A stretch of 64,000 nucleotides of DNA from a virus: positions 6,719-70,718 of the IMG/VR virus record IMGVR_UViG_3300009183_004297; one strand, given 5' to 3'. Under the pieces are notes generated by a model. That model had not been told where the DNA came from and did not search any database. It worked only from the letters and a program-made list of their open reading frames with translations. Below, piece after piece: positions 9,189-19,183 of the stretch. The translations under genes were made by a program, and so were the position numbers. Every line of letters begins with the position of its first letter. Within the stretch, counting starts at the first letter, position 1.

Positions 9189-10145
9189 TTAGACCGGCAT
9201 GATCTCTTTGGGCTTTTGTGAAGAAGCCAGTTCAGTTTGTCGCACACGATCAGCTTCCACTTGTTCGGCTGTGGCAGGAGTCATGTTCTGCGCAAAGTTT
9301 GCAATGCCCAGTTTCTCCAAGTCACCTGTAAACTCATAGTGGCCGCAATGGTTCAACAACACCTTGCTGTGTGCCCAGATGTCGCCACCAATTGCTTGCC
9401 AGCGACGGCAAAATGTCCAGTCTTCACTCAAGTAGTGACCACGTTGATCAATCACACAATCAAAGATTGCATACATCATTGGCTCGTATTGCTTGCCCAG
9501 TCCAATGTCATCCACGTACTTGGTCTCTGGGTGTGCTTTGATCAGTCGTTCGTAAACGTTGCGCTTGAACAACAAGAAGCCTGTGCCCATGGTATCTACA
9601 GTATAGATGTCGCCTTGCACAGTTGTAGTTGGCTTTAGGTTAATCACATAGTTGATTGGCAAGGATTTCTTAGGATACAAGCCGCCAATAACATCCTTGT
9701 CACAGCTGATCATCTGGAAGATGCTTTCGGCTTGGAAACGAATGTCAGCGTCAATGAACATAAAGTGTGTGGCTTTGTCATTGGTCATCATCTTGGCCAT
9801 CAAGTTGTTGCGAGCACGTGTTACCAAGCTCTCGTTGACCATTGTGTCCAGGCTCCAGTTCAAGCCAACTTGACTAGCCAGCAGAGTGAAACGCAAGAAG
9901 CTGGTAAATGTTGGCTCAGAAATCATACCACCGTATGCTGGGATACCCAGGTGCAAATGCACATTCTTGAAATCATAGTTTACAGGAGCCATTTGCCCTT
10001 GTTGTGATTGTTGAACTTTGGCAATTTCTGCCAACAGTTCTTCTTGTGACCTTGCACCACCTGGTGCGGCAGGAGCGCCACCCACAGGAGCAGTGCTACC
10101 CGGGATGGTAATTTTTTTAGCTTTGCGGGATTGATTTGTTGACAT
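9189..10145 (-). CDS. GT-A fold glycosyltransferase-like protein
   Basis: LGIPAYGG, ESLVTRARN, FMFIDADI (DxD), GTGFLL, YLSEDWTFCRRW. Confidence 0.75.
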   Translation of the reverse strand: MSTNQSRKAKKITIPGSTAPVGGAPAAPGGARSQEELLAEIAKVQQSQQGQMAPVNYDFKNVHLHLGIPAYGGMISEPTFTSFLRFTLLASQVGLNWSLDTMVNESLVTRARNNLMAKMMTNDKATHFMFIDADIRFQAESIFQMISCDKDVIGGLYPKKSLPINYVINLKPTTTVQGDIYTVDTMGTGFLLFKRNVYERLIKAHPETKYVDDIGLGKQYEPMMYAIFDCVIDQRGHYLSEDWTFCRRWQAIGGDIWAHSKVLLNHCGHYEFTGDLEKLGIANFAQNMTPATAEQVEADRVRQTELASSQKPKEIMPV

Positions 10146-10208
10146 ATAGTTCTTCCATGGTTGAAAATCAGTAAAGTATTTAACAGCGGCCTCATTACCG
10201 CTGTAAAT

Positions 10209-10373
10209 TTACGCTCGTTCTATTTCTACAATAACACCCGTGCCCACAAGTTCTTGTGCTACCTGTTCCAGGGCAACAATAACATCTTCGTTGGCAATTG
10301 GTGCAACATCAGCATTGTCTTTGATAAGTTTGCTGACTTTGATTACTATCACTTCTTCGTATACTTTGGCCAT
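10209..10373 (-). CDS. Small hypothetical protein (54 aa, missed by the track)
   Basis: MAKVYEEVIVIKVSKLIKD...GTGVIVEIERA; GAGGAG RBS upstream. Confidence 0.65.
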   Translation of the reverse strand: MAKVYEEVIVIKVSKLIKDNADVAPIANEDVIVALEQVAQELVGTGVIVEIERA

Positions 10374-10399
10374 TTTGGGCTCCTCATTATCTATGTATA

Positions 10400-11122
10400 T
10401 TATTTATCTTCAGCTAAACAACGGAATTCATCAATTGATCTAATAAAATGTGGATTGATCATCTTTATCATTGTGGCAATTCCTGCATCATGAGCATAGA
10501 TATAACTACCCCAGATATACCGACTTTTAGCTTCGCCTAGTGACTCTCTGAGACTCTGTGGTAAATGTACTTCATCTCCAAGCGCCGCAAGATAGGCCAA
10601 CAACTGTTCTTTACTTTCTGTGGAGTATTTTGCTTCTCTAGTGTTGAATCTGTATTGCCATTTGCTGGGCTTGGCTGTTAGTACATAGCCTTTGGCCAGC
10701 ATGTTTGCGCCATCTTGATTTTCGGGCACACAGACTGAACGCAAGTATGAAGCATCAAGTTTGGACGCAATAGACTTCATGACATTGAGATCATTGGTAT
10801 ACAGTTGCATCATTGGATCTTCAATGCGTTTTTTAACATCTGTATCGTAGTCGGGCAGGATGTTTTCTAAAGATTCAACAAACGCACGTTCTTGAAAGGT
10901 TGGTACAGGTGAACGGTCGCCGCGCCAGCTACCGCCGTAGTTTATTTGTCTGCGTTTTTCACGGTCTTGGCAATAGGCCATCATGGATGAAAATCCACCT
11001 CGCAAGTATGCCACACCTGTGCAATGCAGTTCTAATCGATAGGCATACTTACCAAAGAATAACTTGGTAGTATGCTGTATCTTAAGATTAGGATTTAACG
11101 ACGTCCAGAACAATGTATCCAT
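10400..11122 (-). CDS. Hypothetical phage protein
   Basis: Long ORF; probable start MDTLFW overlaps the end of clpA. Confidence 0.65.
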   Translation of the reverse strand: MDTLFWTSLNPNLKIQHTTKLFFGKYAYRLELHCTGVAYLRGGFSSMMAYCQDREKRRQINYGGSWRGDRSPVPTFQERAFVESLENILPDYDTDVKKRIEDPMMQLYTNDLNVMKSIASKLDASYLRSVCVPENQDGANMLAKGYVLTAKPSKWQYRFNTREAKYSTESKEQLLAYLAALGDEVHLPQSLRESLGEAKSRYIWGSYIYAHDAGIATMIKMINPHFIRSIDEFRCLAEDK

Positions 11123-13385
11123 TTTCGTCCACAATAGGAGGTGAATCAAAGTTTGTACTTTGAATGTCAAATTCAAACTTTCCGGCAGCGTAATTGACTG
11201 TGATCAAGCTATTGGGTTCAACAGCTTCAAACAAAATCTTCTTACTCAATGGCACCTTGACTAGATCATTGATCTTGCGGCCCAGTGGCCTAGCACCCAT
11301 CTTGGGATCAAATCCTTGCCGGATCAATTCAGTTGTTGCATCTTCGCTCAGTCTCACTCGCAATGCTTTGTCACTCAGTAGGTCATTCATTTCATTCACA
11401 AACTTGGTAACAATCTTGCGCATGGAGAACTCATCCAGCTTGCTGAACTTGCAGATGCCGTCTAGCCTGTTACGAAACTCTGGCTTGAAGAATTCCTTGA
11501 CTGCTTTGTCATCTTCGTCTGACTTTTGCAGTTCACGACCAAAGCCAATGTTGTTACGCTCATTATCAGCCGCACCTAAATTACTTGTTAGAATAATAAT
11601 AGCATTACGACAGTCAGCTTTCTTGCCATTGCTACTTGTGACTGTGCCTTCGTCCATCATGCTCAACAAGATGTTGCTCACATCAGGATGTGCTTTTTCA
11701 ACTTCGTCAAACAAGATCACACAGTTGGGATTCTTTTCAATCTCACTGATTAGCAAGCCGCCACCTAGGTTGCGATCGTCGTAGCCAACATACCCGGGGG
11801 GAGCACCTACAAGTTTGGCAATTGAATGCTTTTCTTGGTACTCGCTCATATCATATCGTAGTAGTTTCATCCCGAGATATTCAGCTAGTAGTTTGCTAAG
11901 TTCAGTTTTACCTGTGCCAGTTGGACCCAAGAACAAAAAGTTACCAATTGGTTTGTTGATTGGTTTCAGACCTGCACGGCTGACATAAATGCGTTCCAGC
12001 ACCGAGTCAACCACAGGGTCCTGTCCATACAAGCGACTCTTGATTTGCACATCTAGGTTTGACAAGTTCTTGGTAGTGTTGCTGTCATTGCCCAGTTGTT
12101 CAATTGGGATCTTAGTAAACTTGCTGACAATCTCAATGATGTGACTGCGTGTGACTGTGAAGTCATCCTGTGCAATTTTTAACTTGGCACTCGCAGTGTC
12201 TATTAGATCAATGGCCTTGTCTGGCAGTTTCTTGTCTGTTTGATATCGCACACTCAGATCCACAGCGGCATCAATTGCTTCGTCTGTGATGTGTCCTTTG
12301 TGGAACTCTTCAAAGTGCGGACGCAGGCCACGCAAGATTTCTTTTGCCACAACCGGAGTGGGTTCATCAATAGTCATACGATAGAATCTGCGCATGAGCG
12401 CACGATCCTTTTCAAAACTACCTGTGTACTCTTCCCACGTGGTTGACGCAATGACTTTGAGTTGACCCTTGCCCAGTGCAGGCTTGATCATGTTGGCAAA
12501 GTCCACACTACTACCTGATCCAGATCCAGCGCCACGCATTTGGTGTGCTTCGTCGATGAACAAAATAGTCTTGCCCATGACCTGCAGAGATTTGATAACC
12601 TCTTTGAGCTTTTCTTCAAACTCTCCGCGATACTTTGAACCTGCCAGTAGATTACCAATGTCCAGATTGTACACTGTGTAGTCTTTGAGATATGCAGGAA
12701 CTTCGCCGTTGATGATCTTACGTGCTAGTCCTTCTGCAATAGCAGTCTTGCCCACACCAGGGTCGCCTACCATTAACACATTTGATTTGTTGCGTTTGGC
12801 CAGCACTTGTGCAATTTCTTCCAGCTCGTGTTCACGACCAATCACAGGATCAATCTTGCCATCCTTGGCCTGCTTGTTGAGATCATCACAGAACTCAGCC
12901 AGCACTTCAGCGGCCCGACTCTTCACAGCGGTCTTGCGACTGCGAGCTTCTTTGTAGTGCTTGTTGTAAAACTCTGTGATACGAGCACGATCCAAATCAT
13001 ACTTGAGCAAGAAGTAGTTGGCATAGCTGTTGCTTTCGCCACCAATGCTCAAGAAGATGTCAATCACCTGCACATGATTGCGTCCTGAAAACAACACCTG
13101 GGTCAAGGCACGGTTGAACACACGCTCTAGGGCATGTGTTTTTCTTGGAGTATAATCATCGCTTCCTTCCACAAGACAATCCGCACGTGATGCATTGTAA
13201 GCATCAAGGTCATTGGTCATGCCGTCTGTGTCGGTACCAAATTTTTCCAGTAACTGATTAAAGGGTTTGTAGCTGACCAATGCGTATAGCAAATGCTCAA
13301 GGGTCACATATTCATGACGGTGCTTTTTGGCACTGTCAGCGGCCATTGAGATAATGGTTTCAATTTCTGGATTGTTTTGAATCAT
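11088..13385 (-). CDS. clpA: ATP-dependent Clp protease ATPase subunit ClpA
   Basis: Clp-N domain, two Walker A motifs (GDPGVGKT, GPTGTGKT), IGF loop (NNIGF), no ClpB-type M domain. Confidence 0.92.
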   Translation of the reverse strand: MIQNNPEIETIISMAADSAKKHRHEYVTLEHLLYALVSYKPFNQLLEKFGTDTDGMTNDLDAYNASRADCLVEGSDDYTPRKTHALERVFNRALTQVLFSGRNHVQVIDIFLSIGGESNSYANYFLLKYDLDRARITEFYNKHYKEARSRKTAVKSRAAEVLAEFCDDLNKQAKDGKIDPVIGREHELEEIAQVLAKRNKSNVLMVGDPGVGKTAIAEGLARKIINGEVPAYLKDYTVYNLDIGNLLAGSKYRGEFEEKLKEVIKSLQVMGKTILFIDEAHQMRGAGSGSGSSVDFANMIKPALGKGQLKVIASTTWEEYTGSFEKDRALMRRFYRMTIDEPTPVVAKEILRGLRPHFEEFHKGHITDEAIDAAVDLSVRYQTDKKLPDKAIDLIDTASAKLKIAQDDFTVTRSHIIEIVSKFTKIPIEQLGNDSNTTKNLSNLDVQIKSRLYGQDPVVDSVLERIYVSRAGLKPINKPIGNFLFLGPTGTGKTELSKLLAEYLGMKLLRYDMSEYQEKHSIAKLVGAPPGYVGYDDRNLGGGLLISEIEKNPNCVILFDEVEKAHPDVSNILLSMMDEGTVTSSNGKKADCRNAIIILTSNLGAADNERNNIGFGRELQKSDEDDKAVKEFFKPEFRNRLDGICKFSKLDEFSMRKIVTKFVNEMNDLLSDKALRVRLSEDATTELIRQGFDPKMGARPLGRKINDLVKVPLSKKILFEAVEPNSLITVNYAAGKFEFDIQSTNFDSPPIVDENGYIVLDVVKS

Positions 13386-13406
13386 AGTTCCTCTTGTGTA
13401 AATTAT

Positions 13407-14240
13407 TTATAGACTGGATCTTACTTTTTCAAGTAATTCTCGTTGTTCATGACTGAGGTTACGCGGCACACCAATTGACACTCGGACCACTAGATGCCCG
13501 CGATTGGGCTGTCCAGTTTCCCAAAGTCCTTGATTGGAGATTCTAAATTTAGAATCATGTTGCGATCCTGGGGGAATAGTTACACTAAAGATTCGTCCTT
13601 CCAAGTTAGGAACATCAATTGAAGTTCCCAGCATGGCATCCAGTGCTGTGATCTTTATTGGATACACAAGATCCAGTCCTTCATTGGTGAACCGAGCGTC
13701 GGGTATGATACGGAACTGTACATACAAGTCACCACGTGCAATACCAGCATGTGTATTGTCACCCAGTCCAGAGTAACGTATGTTGGTGCCTTCTGTGACA
13801 CCACGTGGAATGTTGACTTGAACATTTTCTCTGTGCCCGTTTCCAGTTTGTACAGCAATGTTCTTGACTTGATCCTGCATGGTGTCTGCCAGCTCAAGTT
13901 GAATTTCCACTCGAATGTCTCTGTTGCGCTGTGGTCTGCGGAACTGTGCAAACGGGTCATGCCCAAATGGACTGCCGCCTTGCCCAAACATTTGACTCAG
14001 GATGTCATCCATGTTGCCAGTGTTGAAATTGAACTGGAAACCACCTTGAGGTTGTGGATTGTTGTATTGGGCACGTTTGTCGGAATCACCCAGCGTGTCG
14101 TAGGCTTCTTGTATCTTCTGGAATTGGGCTTGATCACCACCGCGGTCCGGATGGTGTTTCATCGCTAGTTTGCGATAAGCCTTTTTAATGTCATCTTCGC
14201 TGGCGTCTCGAGCAACGCCTAATATAGAGTAGTAGTCCAT
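13407..14240 (-). CDS. dnaJ: DnaJ/CbpA-type co-chaperone (J domain plus C domain, no Zn finger)
   Basis: DYYSILGV, HHPD motif, G/F-rich region, GDLYV. Confidence 0.9.
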   Translation of the reverse strand: MDYYSILGVARDASEDDIKKAYRKLAMKHHPDRGGDQAQFQKIQEAYDTLGDSDKRAQYNNPQPQGGFQFNFNTGNMDDILSQMFGQGGSPFGHDPFAQFRRPQRNRDIRVEIQLELADTMQDQVKNIAVQTGNGHRENVQVNIPRGVTEGTNIRYSGLGDNTHAGIARGDLYVQFRIIPDARFTNEGLDLVYPIKITALDAMLGTSIDVPNLEGRIFSVTIPPGSQHDSKFRISNQGLWETGQPNRGHLVVRVSIGVPRNLSHEQRELLEKVRSSL

Positions 14241-14246
14241 TCGCAT

Positions 14247-14275
14247 AGTTTACACGTTAATTAACCATGTGTCAA
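14247..14275 (-). promoter_or_regulatory. Sigma70-like promoter; predicted start coincides with the dnaJ ATG
   Basis: TTGACA-17nt-TAAACT; ATG at 14240 lies 7 nt after the -10. Confidence 0.6.
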
Positions 14276-14325
14276 GCAAAGATCCCTTGAAAGGCAATCT
14301 TTGCTGACCGTTATGCAAATATTTA

Positions 14326-14802
14326 TTACTGCTTGGATTCTAGTTTTTCTTTTGTACGTCCGTAAGCGGCAACACCTAGCACAGCACCCATGGCCAAGTG
14401 GAACAGGCCCGCGCCTTGCAAAGTCAATGGTTGCCATTGGCTACTGACTTGACCTTTGCTCACAGCTTGTAACACACTCCACAGCACAGGGAACAGCACA
14501 AAGTCACATGTGCATACCAGCATGTACATCCAACCCATTACAGGTCGCCACTTGTTGTTGATCCAGTCTGTGTTGGTATTCTCAACCAAGACTTCTGCAC
14601 CTTGTGCGGCATTGCTACCGGCTTGTGTTAAGTTCATTTGTTGACCAGCAGGTGCTGGTGTTGACGATGCAAAACTTGGTGTCACTGCAAGTGATGAGCT
14701 AGCAGGTGCTGGGTTTGCGCCAAACCCAGTGCTGAAACTTCCTAGTCCTTTGTCTGCATCTCCGGTATCACCGAAGTCTGCTATTGGTTTTCCGATTGGC
14801 AT
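14326..14802 (-). CDS. 3TM holin (gene-transfer-agent type)
   Basis: WRPVMGWMY...WQPLTLQGAGLFHLAMGAVLG...GRTKEK; in the lysis cluster. Confidence 0.75.
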   Translation of the reverse strand: MPIGKPIADFGDTGDADKGLGSFSTGFGANPAPASSSLAVTPSFASSTPAPAGQQMNLTQAGSNAAQGAEVLVENTNTDWINNKWRPVMGWMYMLVCTCDFVLFPVLWSVLQAVSKGQVSSQWQPLTLQGAGLFHLAMGAVLGVAAYGRTKEKLESKQ

Positions 14803-14826
14803 TGATTAGCTCCTTTTTATATTTGA

Positions 14827-15390
14827 TTAAAACCAGAGAAATAAGCCATTGAGGCTTAGTAGTAATCCAAATCCTGCTACTACAAAACTACCCCAGAACA
14901 TGGGCATGCTCACTGCAAGAATACTTGCTGATAACACAACAATGGCCAATTGGTATGCAGTTGACGCATAACCAATCCATGGGCTGGACTTCTTGGCTTC
15001 TTCGCGAACCGCTTCCAGTGCCCTGGCTTCTTCTGCAATGGCCTTTTTGTCTTCGTCCATGCGAGCTTTTTCAGCCGCAAACTTTTCTTTTAATTTCGGA
15101 TCACTAGTGGTCAGGGCCGCGAGCTCATAGCTGACGCCACGACCTGCTTTGGCTTGATACTGTGCCCACTTGTTGTTGGCCCCCAGTGTATTGCTCAACA
15201 CTGTGCTACCTAACTTGCCGCCGTACCAGGCGTTGACTGCTAATAACAAAGCAAACACAGAGATAACCATGCCCGCTTTGTCTTTGATTTTGGCTTCACG
15301 CTCTGAACGTGAGCCTACTGGATGCTTGACTGCATCTGCATCTTTTGGTTGTTTGGTTACTAAATTTAGTACTGAATCTATTAGTGCCAT
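14827..15390 (-). CDS. DUF4337-like membrane protein
   Basis: N-terminal TM, NNKWAQYQAK, coiled coil, QLAIVVLSASIL and C-terminal TMs. Confidence 0.65.
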   Translation of the reverse strand: MALIDSVLNLVTKQPKDADAVKHPVGSRSEREAKIKDKAGMVISVFALLLAVNAWYGGKLGSTVLSNTLGANNKWAQYQAKAGRGVSYELAALTTSDPKLKEKFAAEKARMDEDKKAIAEEARALEAVREEAKKSSPWIGYASTAYQLAIVVLSASILAVSMPMFWGSFVVAGFGLLLSLNGLFLWF

Positions 15391-15393
15391 TTC

Positions 15394-15734
15394 TTACTCC
15401 TTCATTGCGCCAATTTTCTTTGGACCAAATCCCTGTCTATCTTCCAAGACAGCAATGTGCTGACGGTTCTCCATGATAGCATCACGGTTCTTTTGGATTT
15501 CTTTTTCAAGATCTTGACGCAGTTTCTCACGTGCTAGTTCAGCACCACTGTTGCTGGCCTGCTGTCCGTGGTCACCACTAGACTTACTTTCTGGTTTAGA
15601 ATAGTTACATCATGTTGGATAGCACCTAATGCTTGAATTAGATATCCTGTTGAACCAATCAGTAGTGGTAATAGAGCAAACAGTAGTTTCTCTATAAATG
15701 CGCCTTTGGCGCTTTCTTTGTTTTCATCAGCCAT
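15394..15734 (-). pseudogene. Frameshifted TM plus coiled-coil gene
   Basis: Frame breaks at ...ACG GAC AG CAG GCC... (~15562). The shifted frame continues QASNSGAELAREKLRQDLEKEIQKNR...KKIGAMKE to TAA at 15394. Confidence 0.7.
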
Positions 15735-15754
15735 TTTCAGCTCCTTTTTTATTA

Positions 15755-16042
15755 TTATTTTACATTCTCAAATATTTGTTTTTGAGTTTTATGCCATTCA
15801 GTCCACGCATCTACCTTGGCACGGCATTCATGATACTTGCTGTAGTTTTTGACCACCACATCTAGTGTTTCACTTAGCTTGGTGGTACCAGCTGGTGTTT
15901 GGTCCAGGTCCGGACATGCGGCTGTTAGCTCAACAGGCACATCAGGAAACTTCATTGCCACTGGCACAACTGTTGAACATCCTGTGGCCAAAAATGCTAT
16001 TACAATAAAGATCATTAGTATAAAAAATTTAAGTAAATTCAT
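15755..16042 (-). CDS. Outer-membrane spanin (Rz1-like lipoprotein)
   Basis: Signal peptide with lipobox LATG-C, Pro-rich segment and Cys pair; follows the i-spanin. Confidence 0.75.
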   Translation of the reverse strand: MNLLKFFILMIFIVIAFLATGCSTVVPVAMKFPDVPVELTAACPDLDQTPAGTTKLSETLDVVVKNYSKYHECRAKVDAWTEWHKTQKQIFENVK

Positions 16043-16497
16043 TTGGCTCCTTTGGTAGGATCAGTTGCTGCCTTGTTGAGTATGTCAATCGCAGATGGAT
16101 CTACATCGCACTTGGCATCGATTTGCACAGCTACTTCTTTGATACGATCACGGTATACTGTTTCTTGTTGCTTGATCACCTTGGTCTTGTACACAATCTT
16201 TTCTTTTACCACTGTGTTGACCTGCTGGCTTTTCTCTTCAGCCACTTTGACTTTGGCCTCTAGTTCTTTCACACGCTCACGCCACACTTGCTCAATACCA
16301 AAGCCACCCAGCAAGTATGACCCACCAGCAAACACCAGGATACCTATCACCTGTGTTGGGAAACGATACTTACTAATTAGTGGAATAAATGTTATCCACC
16401 AGCTGGCAACAATCAGTGCCGCTCCTGCAAAGAACAATGTATAGAAAACAAACAGTAAGAAACTGTCTGGTAACACGGCCATGAACCATGATAACAT
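16039..16497 (-). CDS. Inner-membrane spanin (Rz-like)
   Basis: N-terminal TMs, coiled coil, C-terminal Cys; follows the endolysin. Confidence 0.7.
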   Translation of the reverse strand: MLSWFMAVLPDSFLLFVFYTLFFAGAALIVASWWITFIPLISKYRFPTQVIGILVFAGGSYLLGGFGIEQVWRERVKELEAKVKVAEEKSQQVNTVVKEKIVYKTKVIKQQETVYRDRIKEVAVQIDAKCDVDPSAIDILNKAATDPTKGAK

Positions 16498-16499
16498 GA

Positions 16500-17129
16500 T
16501 CAGTGTCCAATCAACACATGGCAAGCATGGTCAATATGCTTGATGCGATCTTCAAGCCCAATGTATCCACCATTGATTTTCTTGGTCAACAATTTAATGT
16601 CCATGGCGTCTGCTTGAACATTAAGGTTGTTGCTTTCCCAGAACCAACAGGCACTTTGCACAGCGCCTTCGTAGGTTTCCAAGAACTCAATTGTTTCTTC
16701 AACGGAACACTCAATTGAGTCAGCAAATGATTGGTAGTTGCTTTTGCCAGTCAATTGGATTAGGCCACGTCCACGGTGCTTGAAACCATCGCCACTTGTC
16801 TCGGGTCCATTGCCCATACGGTTCGCATATATCTTGTTGGCAATTTTTTCAGGCTGACGAACATATCCCGCTGTGCTTTCCTGTGTAGGAAAATACTTCT
16901 TGAATGTGCCCATCAGGCCTTTATCTGAATAATTTAAGTTCTCACGTAGCGCACGATATCCGCCTGACTCATGTGCCGTTTGACCAAGAAAGCAGGCCAC
17001 ACGCTCTGCTGTGTCAATCTCGTAGTCGGGTAAGATTTCTGCCAGTGCCAGGAACCACTGATCCACGTGTGGTGCTCCTACTAGGATTTGTTTTAGTTTT
17101 GCTTCTGTAAAATCAAATTTGAAACTCAT
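16500..17129 (-). CDS. Glycoside hydrolase family 19 endolysin
   Basis: FLGQTAHESGG, ENLNYS, RGRGLIQLTGKSNY, INGGYIGLEDR. Confidence 0.92.
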   Translation of the reverse strand: MSFKFDFTEAKLKQILVGAPHVDQWFLALAEILPDYEIDTAERVACFLGQTAHESGGYRALRENLNYSDKGLMGTFKKYFPTQESTAGYVRQPEKIANKIYANRMGNGPETSGDGFKHRGRGLIQLTGKSNYQSFADSIECSVEETIEFLETYEGAVQSACWFWESNNLNVQADAMDIKLLTKKINGGYIGLEDRIKHIDHACHVLIGH

Positions 17130-17139
17130 GTTGCGCTCC

Positions 17140-17727
17140 TTATAATATTCCGGCTGCTATTCGCAGGCTCTCTGTATATTCGTTTTTGGGTGCCTTGGTA
17201 TCTACCTTGATACCAGACACTGCTTTTAGTTTGTCAATTTCTCGTTGCCCATAACGACGATCGTATTCTTCAGGTGTGTTGGGAATCACACGGTCTAGTA
17301 TATCTTGGTCCAAACGGTACTCCTTGTGGTCTTGGTAGTAGCGCACACGCCAGTCGTCGATGGTCACATCAACAACGTTTTGCATGTCGTCTAGCATGCG
17401 CATGATACGTGAGCCCAGTTCAGGGGTGCGTTCTATTTCAATGAACACAATGTAGTCACCGTCGGCCATTTCGCCTGAACTGACATCTGCGTCAATGACC
17501 CAGTCGTAGCCTTTTTCCAAGAAGTTAACAACATCATTGGCAGGGTTTTTACCACGTACTTTGAAACTGATAACAGCAACATCCTTGTCTTCGCCAAGTT
17601 TGCTTTTGTACTCGTCGATGTGTAACTCGTCGTGTACTAGTCTAGACAAGTCACCGGCTTCCAGTCCTTCAAACAGGTGCTGGTGCTGGTACGGGCGCAG
17701 GCGGCGCTCCTGGTTGTGGTTCAGCAT
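17140..17727 (-). CDS. Hypothetical phage protein
   Basis: Long ORF with IDEYKSKLG and IDADVSSGE; start uncertain. Confidence 0.7.
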   Translation of the reverse strand: MLNHNQERRLRPYQHQHLFEGLEAGDLSRLVHDELHIDEYKSKLGEDKDVAVISFKVRGKNPANDVVNFLEKGYDWVIDADVSSGEMADGDYIVFIEIERTPELGSRIMRMLDDMQNVVDVTIDDWRVRYYQDHKEYRLDQDILDRVIPNTPEEYDRRYGQREIDKLKAVSGIKVDTKAPKNEYTESLRIAAGIL

Positions 17728-18238
17728 TTTGACTTTCCTCGTTTTTGTATACATCATCATCGGCACCGGTTTCGTAGGCTGTTTCAATATCCTCGGCGCT
17801 GAGTTTTTCGTTTTCTAATTCAACACTGCCGCGATGAATTTCTTGCATGAGTTCTTTGGGCATGACTATTTCTACCAGCCATATGGGACTTTTGCCTAGC
17901 TTGGGCATTTTGCTACCAGGTTCATAGTCTTCAGGGCCTTTGACTTTGATTGGGAAATGCAGGTAATCTTTTTTGTAACGCACAGCACAGTCGTAGTCTA
18001 GTAACCGCTCGCCGCCACGTGGATCTGGCATTTTTTTGTGTGGCCACATAAAAGTACAAGTGACAAAGTACTTTTCGTACACTGGGCCTTCCACTAGCTC
18101 GCCATCTTTCCAGTGTGCAAAAGCATAAAGGTCCAATTCGTCTAGGACCCGTTCAAAATCCAGCAGGGTGTCCAAAGCACTATCTGTCATATAGATATCT
18201 TTGGTGTTTGTAATTATGTCGTGTAAACTAGCAGGCAT
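17669..18238 (-). CDS. Hypothetical phage protein
   Basis: LLDFERVLDELDLY..W..GE..GP, MPDPRGG; TAAATA upstream. Confidence 0.7.
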   Translation of the reverse strand: MPASLHDIITNTKDIYMTDSALDTLLDFERVLDELDLYAFAHWKDGELVEGPVYEKYFVTCTFMWPHKKMPDPRGGERLLDYDCAVRYKKDYLHFPIKVKGPEDYEPGSKMPKLGKSPIWLVEIVMPKELMQEIHRGSVELENEKLSAEDIETAYETGADDDVYKNEESQNAEPQPGAPPAPVPAPAPV

Positions 18239-18430
18239 GATCCGTTCCGTTTAAGTTATTTATCACCCAACCGGATCATAAGGATAAGAGCAAGAGTGCC
18301 CAGGACAGCTTAATACTTATGATAGATTTTGGGCAAATTTAATGGGTGTTTGTACCTGGTTCAGCATCGCCTAAATATTTGCGTGGACCATCACAAACAA
18401 CCACTTAACATTACCCAAGGAGAATGCAAT

Positions 18431-19165
18431 TTGTCCAAACGCAAACAGAGAACTGCGCATCAATTAGCTGATAAAACTGATAACACCATTAGGTTCAACA
18501 ATTTTGTAGCGCAAAAGCGAACTGTTAATTTAATTCCCAAAAGTCTAAACCAAGAAACATACATAGGACTTCTCAATGATACTCAACGCAAGATAGTATT
18601 TGCAACAGGACCAGCAGGTACAGGTAAAACAATGCTAGCAGTGCTAGCCGCAATCAAGGCCTACAAAGAAGGCGAAATACAAAAGATCGTTATAACCAGG
18701 CCCGCAGTGGGCGTGGATGATGAAAAACATGGTTTCCTTCCCGGAACAATAAACGAGAAAATGGAACCATGGACCCGTCCCATCATGGATGTGATACTAG
18801 AGTATTACACGCCAAAGGACATAGCCAGGATGCTAGAAGAACAGACAATTGAGGTATCTCCACTAGCATTCATGCGAGGGCGAACATTCAAAAACTCGTG
18901 GATCATTGCTGACGAAATGCAGAATGCCACACCATCACAAATGAAAATGTTGCTCACCCGCTTAGGCGATGGTTCGAAGATGGTAGTCACAGGCGACACC
19001 AAGCAGGCCGACCGTAAAGATCCTGATAACGGTTTGCTAGACTTCAAAGGTCTAGTTGAACGCTACCAACATAGCAAGTACGTGGCAGGTGTTGAATTAA
19101 CTGGAAAAGACATTCATCGTCATCCAGCTGTGTTGGAGGTGCTAAAGATTTATAAAGAACTATAA
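18431..19165 (+). CDS. phoH: PhoH-family ATPase
   Basis: GPAGTGKT, ITRPAV, GFLPG, FMRGRTF, DEMQN, GDTKQ; TTG start after AAGGAG. Confidence 0.93.
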   Translation: MSKRKQRTAHQLADKTDNTIRFNNFVAQKRTVNLIPKSLNQETYIGLLNDTQRKIVFATGPAGTGKTMLAVLAAIKAYKEGEIQKIVITRPAVGVDDEKHGFLPGTINEKMEPWTRPIMDVILEYYTPKDIARMLEEQTIEVSPLAFMRGRTFKNSWIIADEMQNATPSQMKMLLTRLGDGSKMVVTGDTKQADRKDPDNGLLDFKGLVERYQHSKYVAGVELTGKDIHRHPAVLEVLKIYKEL

Positions 19166-19183
19166 CCCCATTAAATACTGGAT

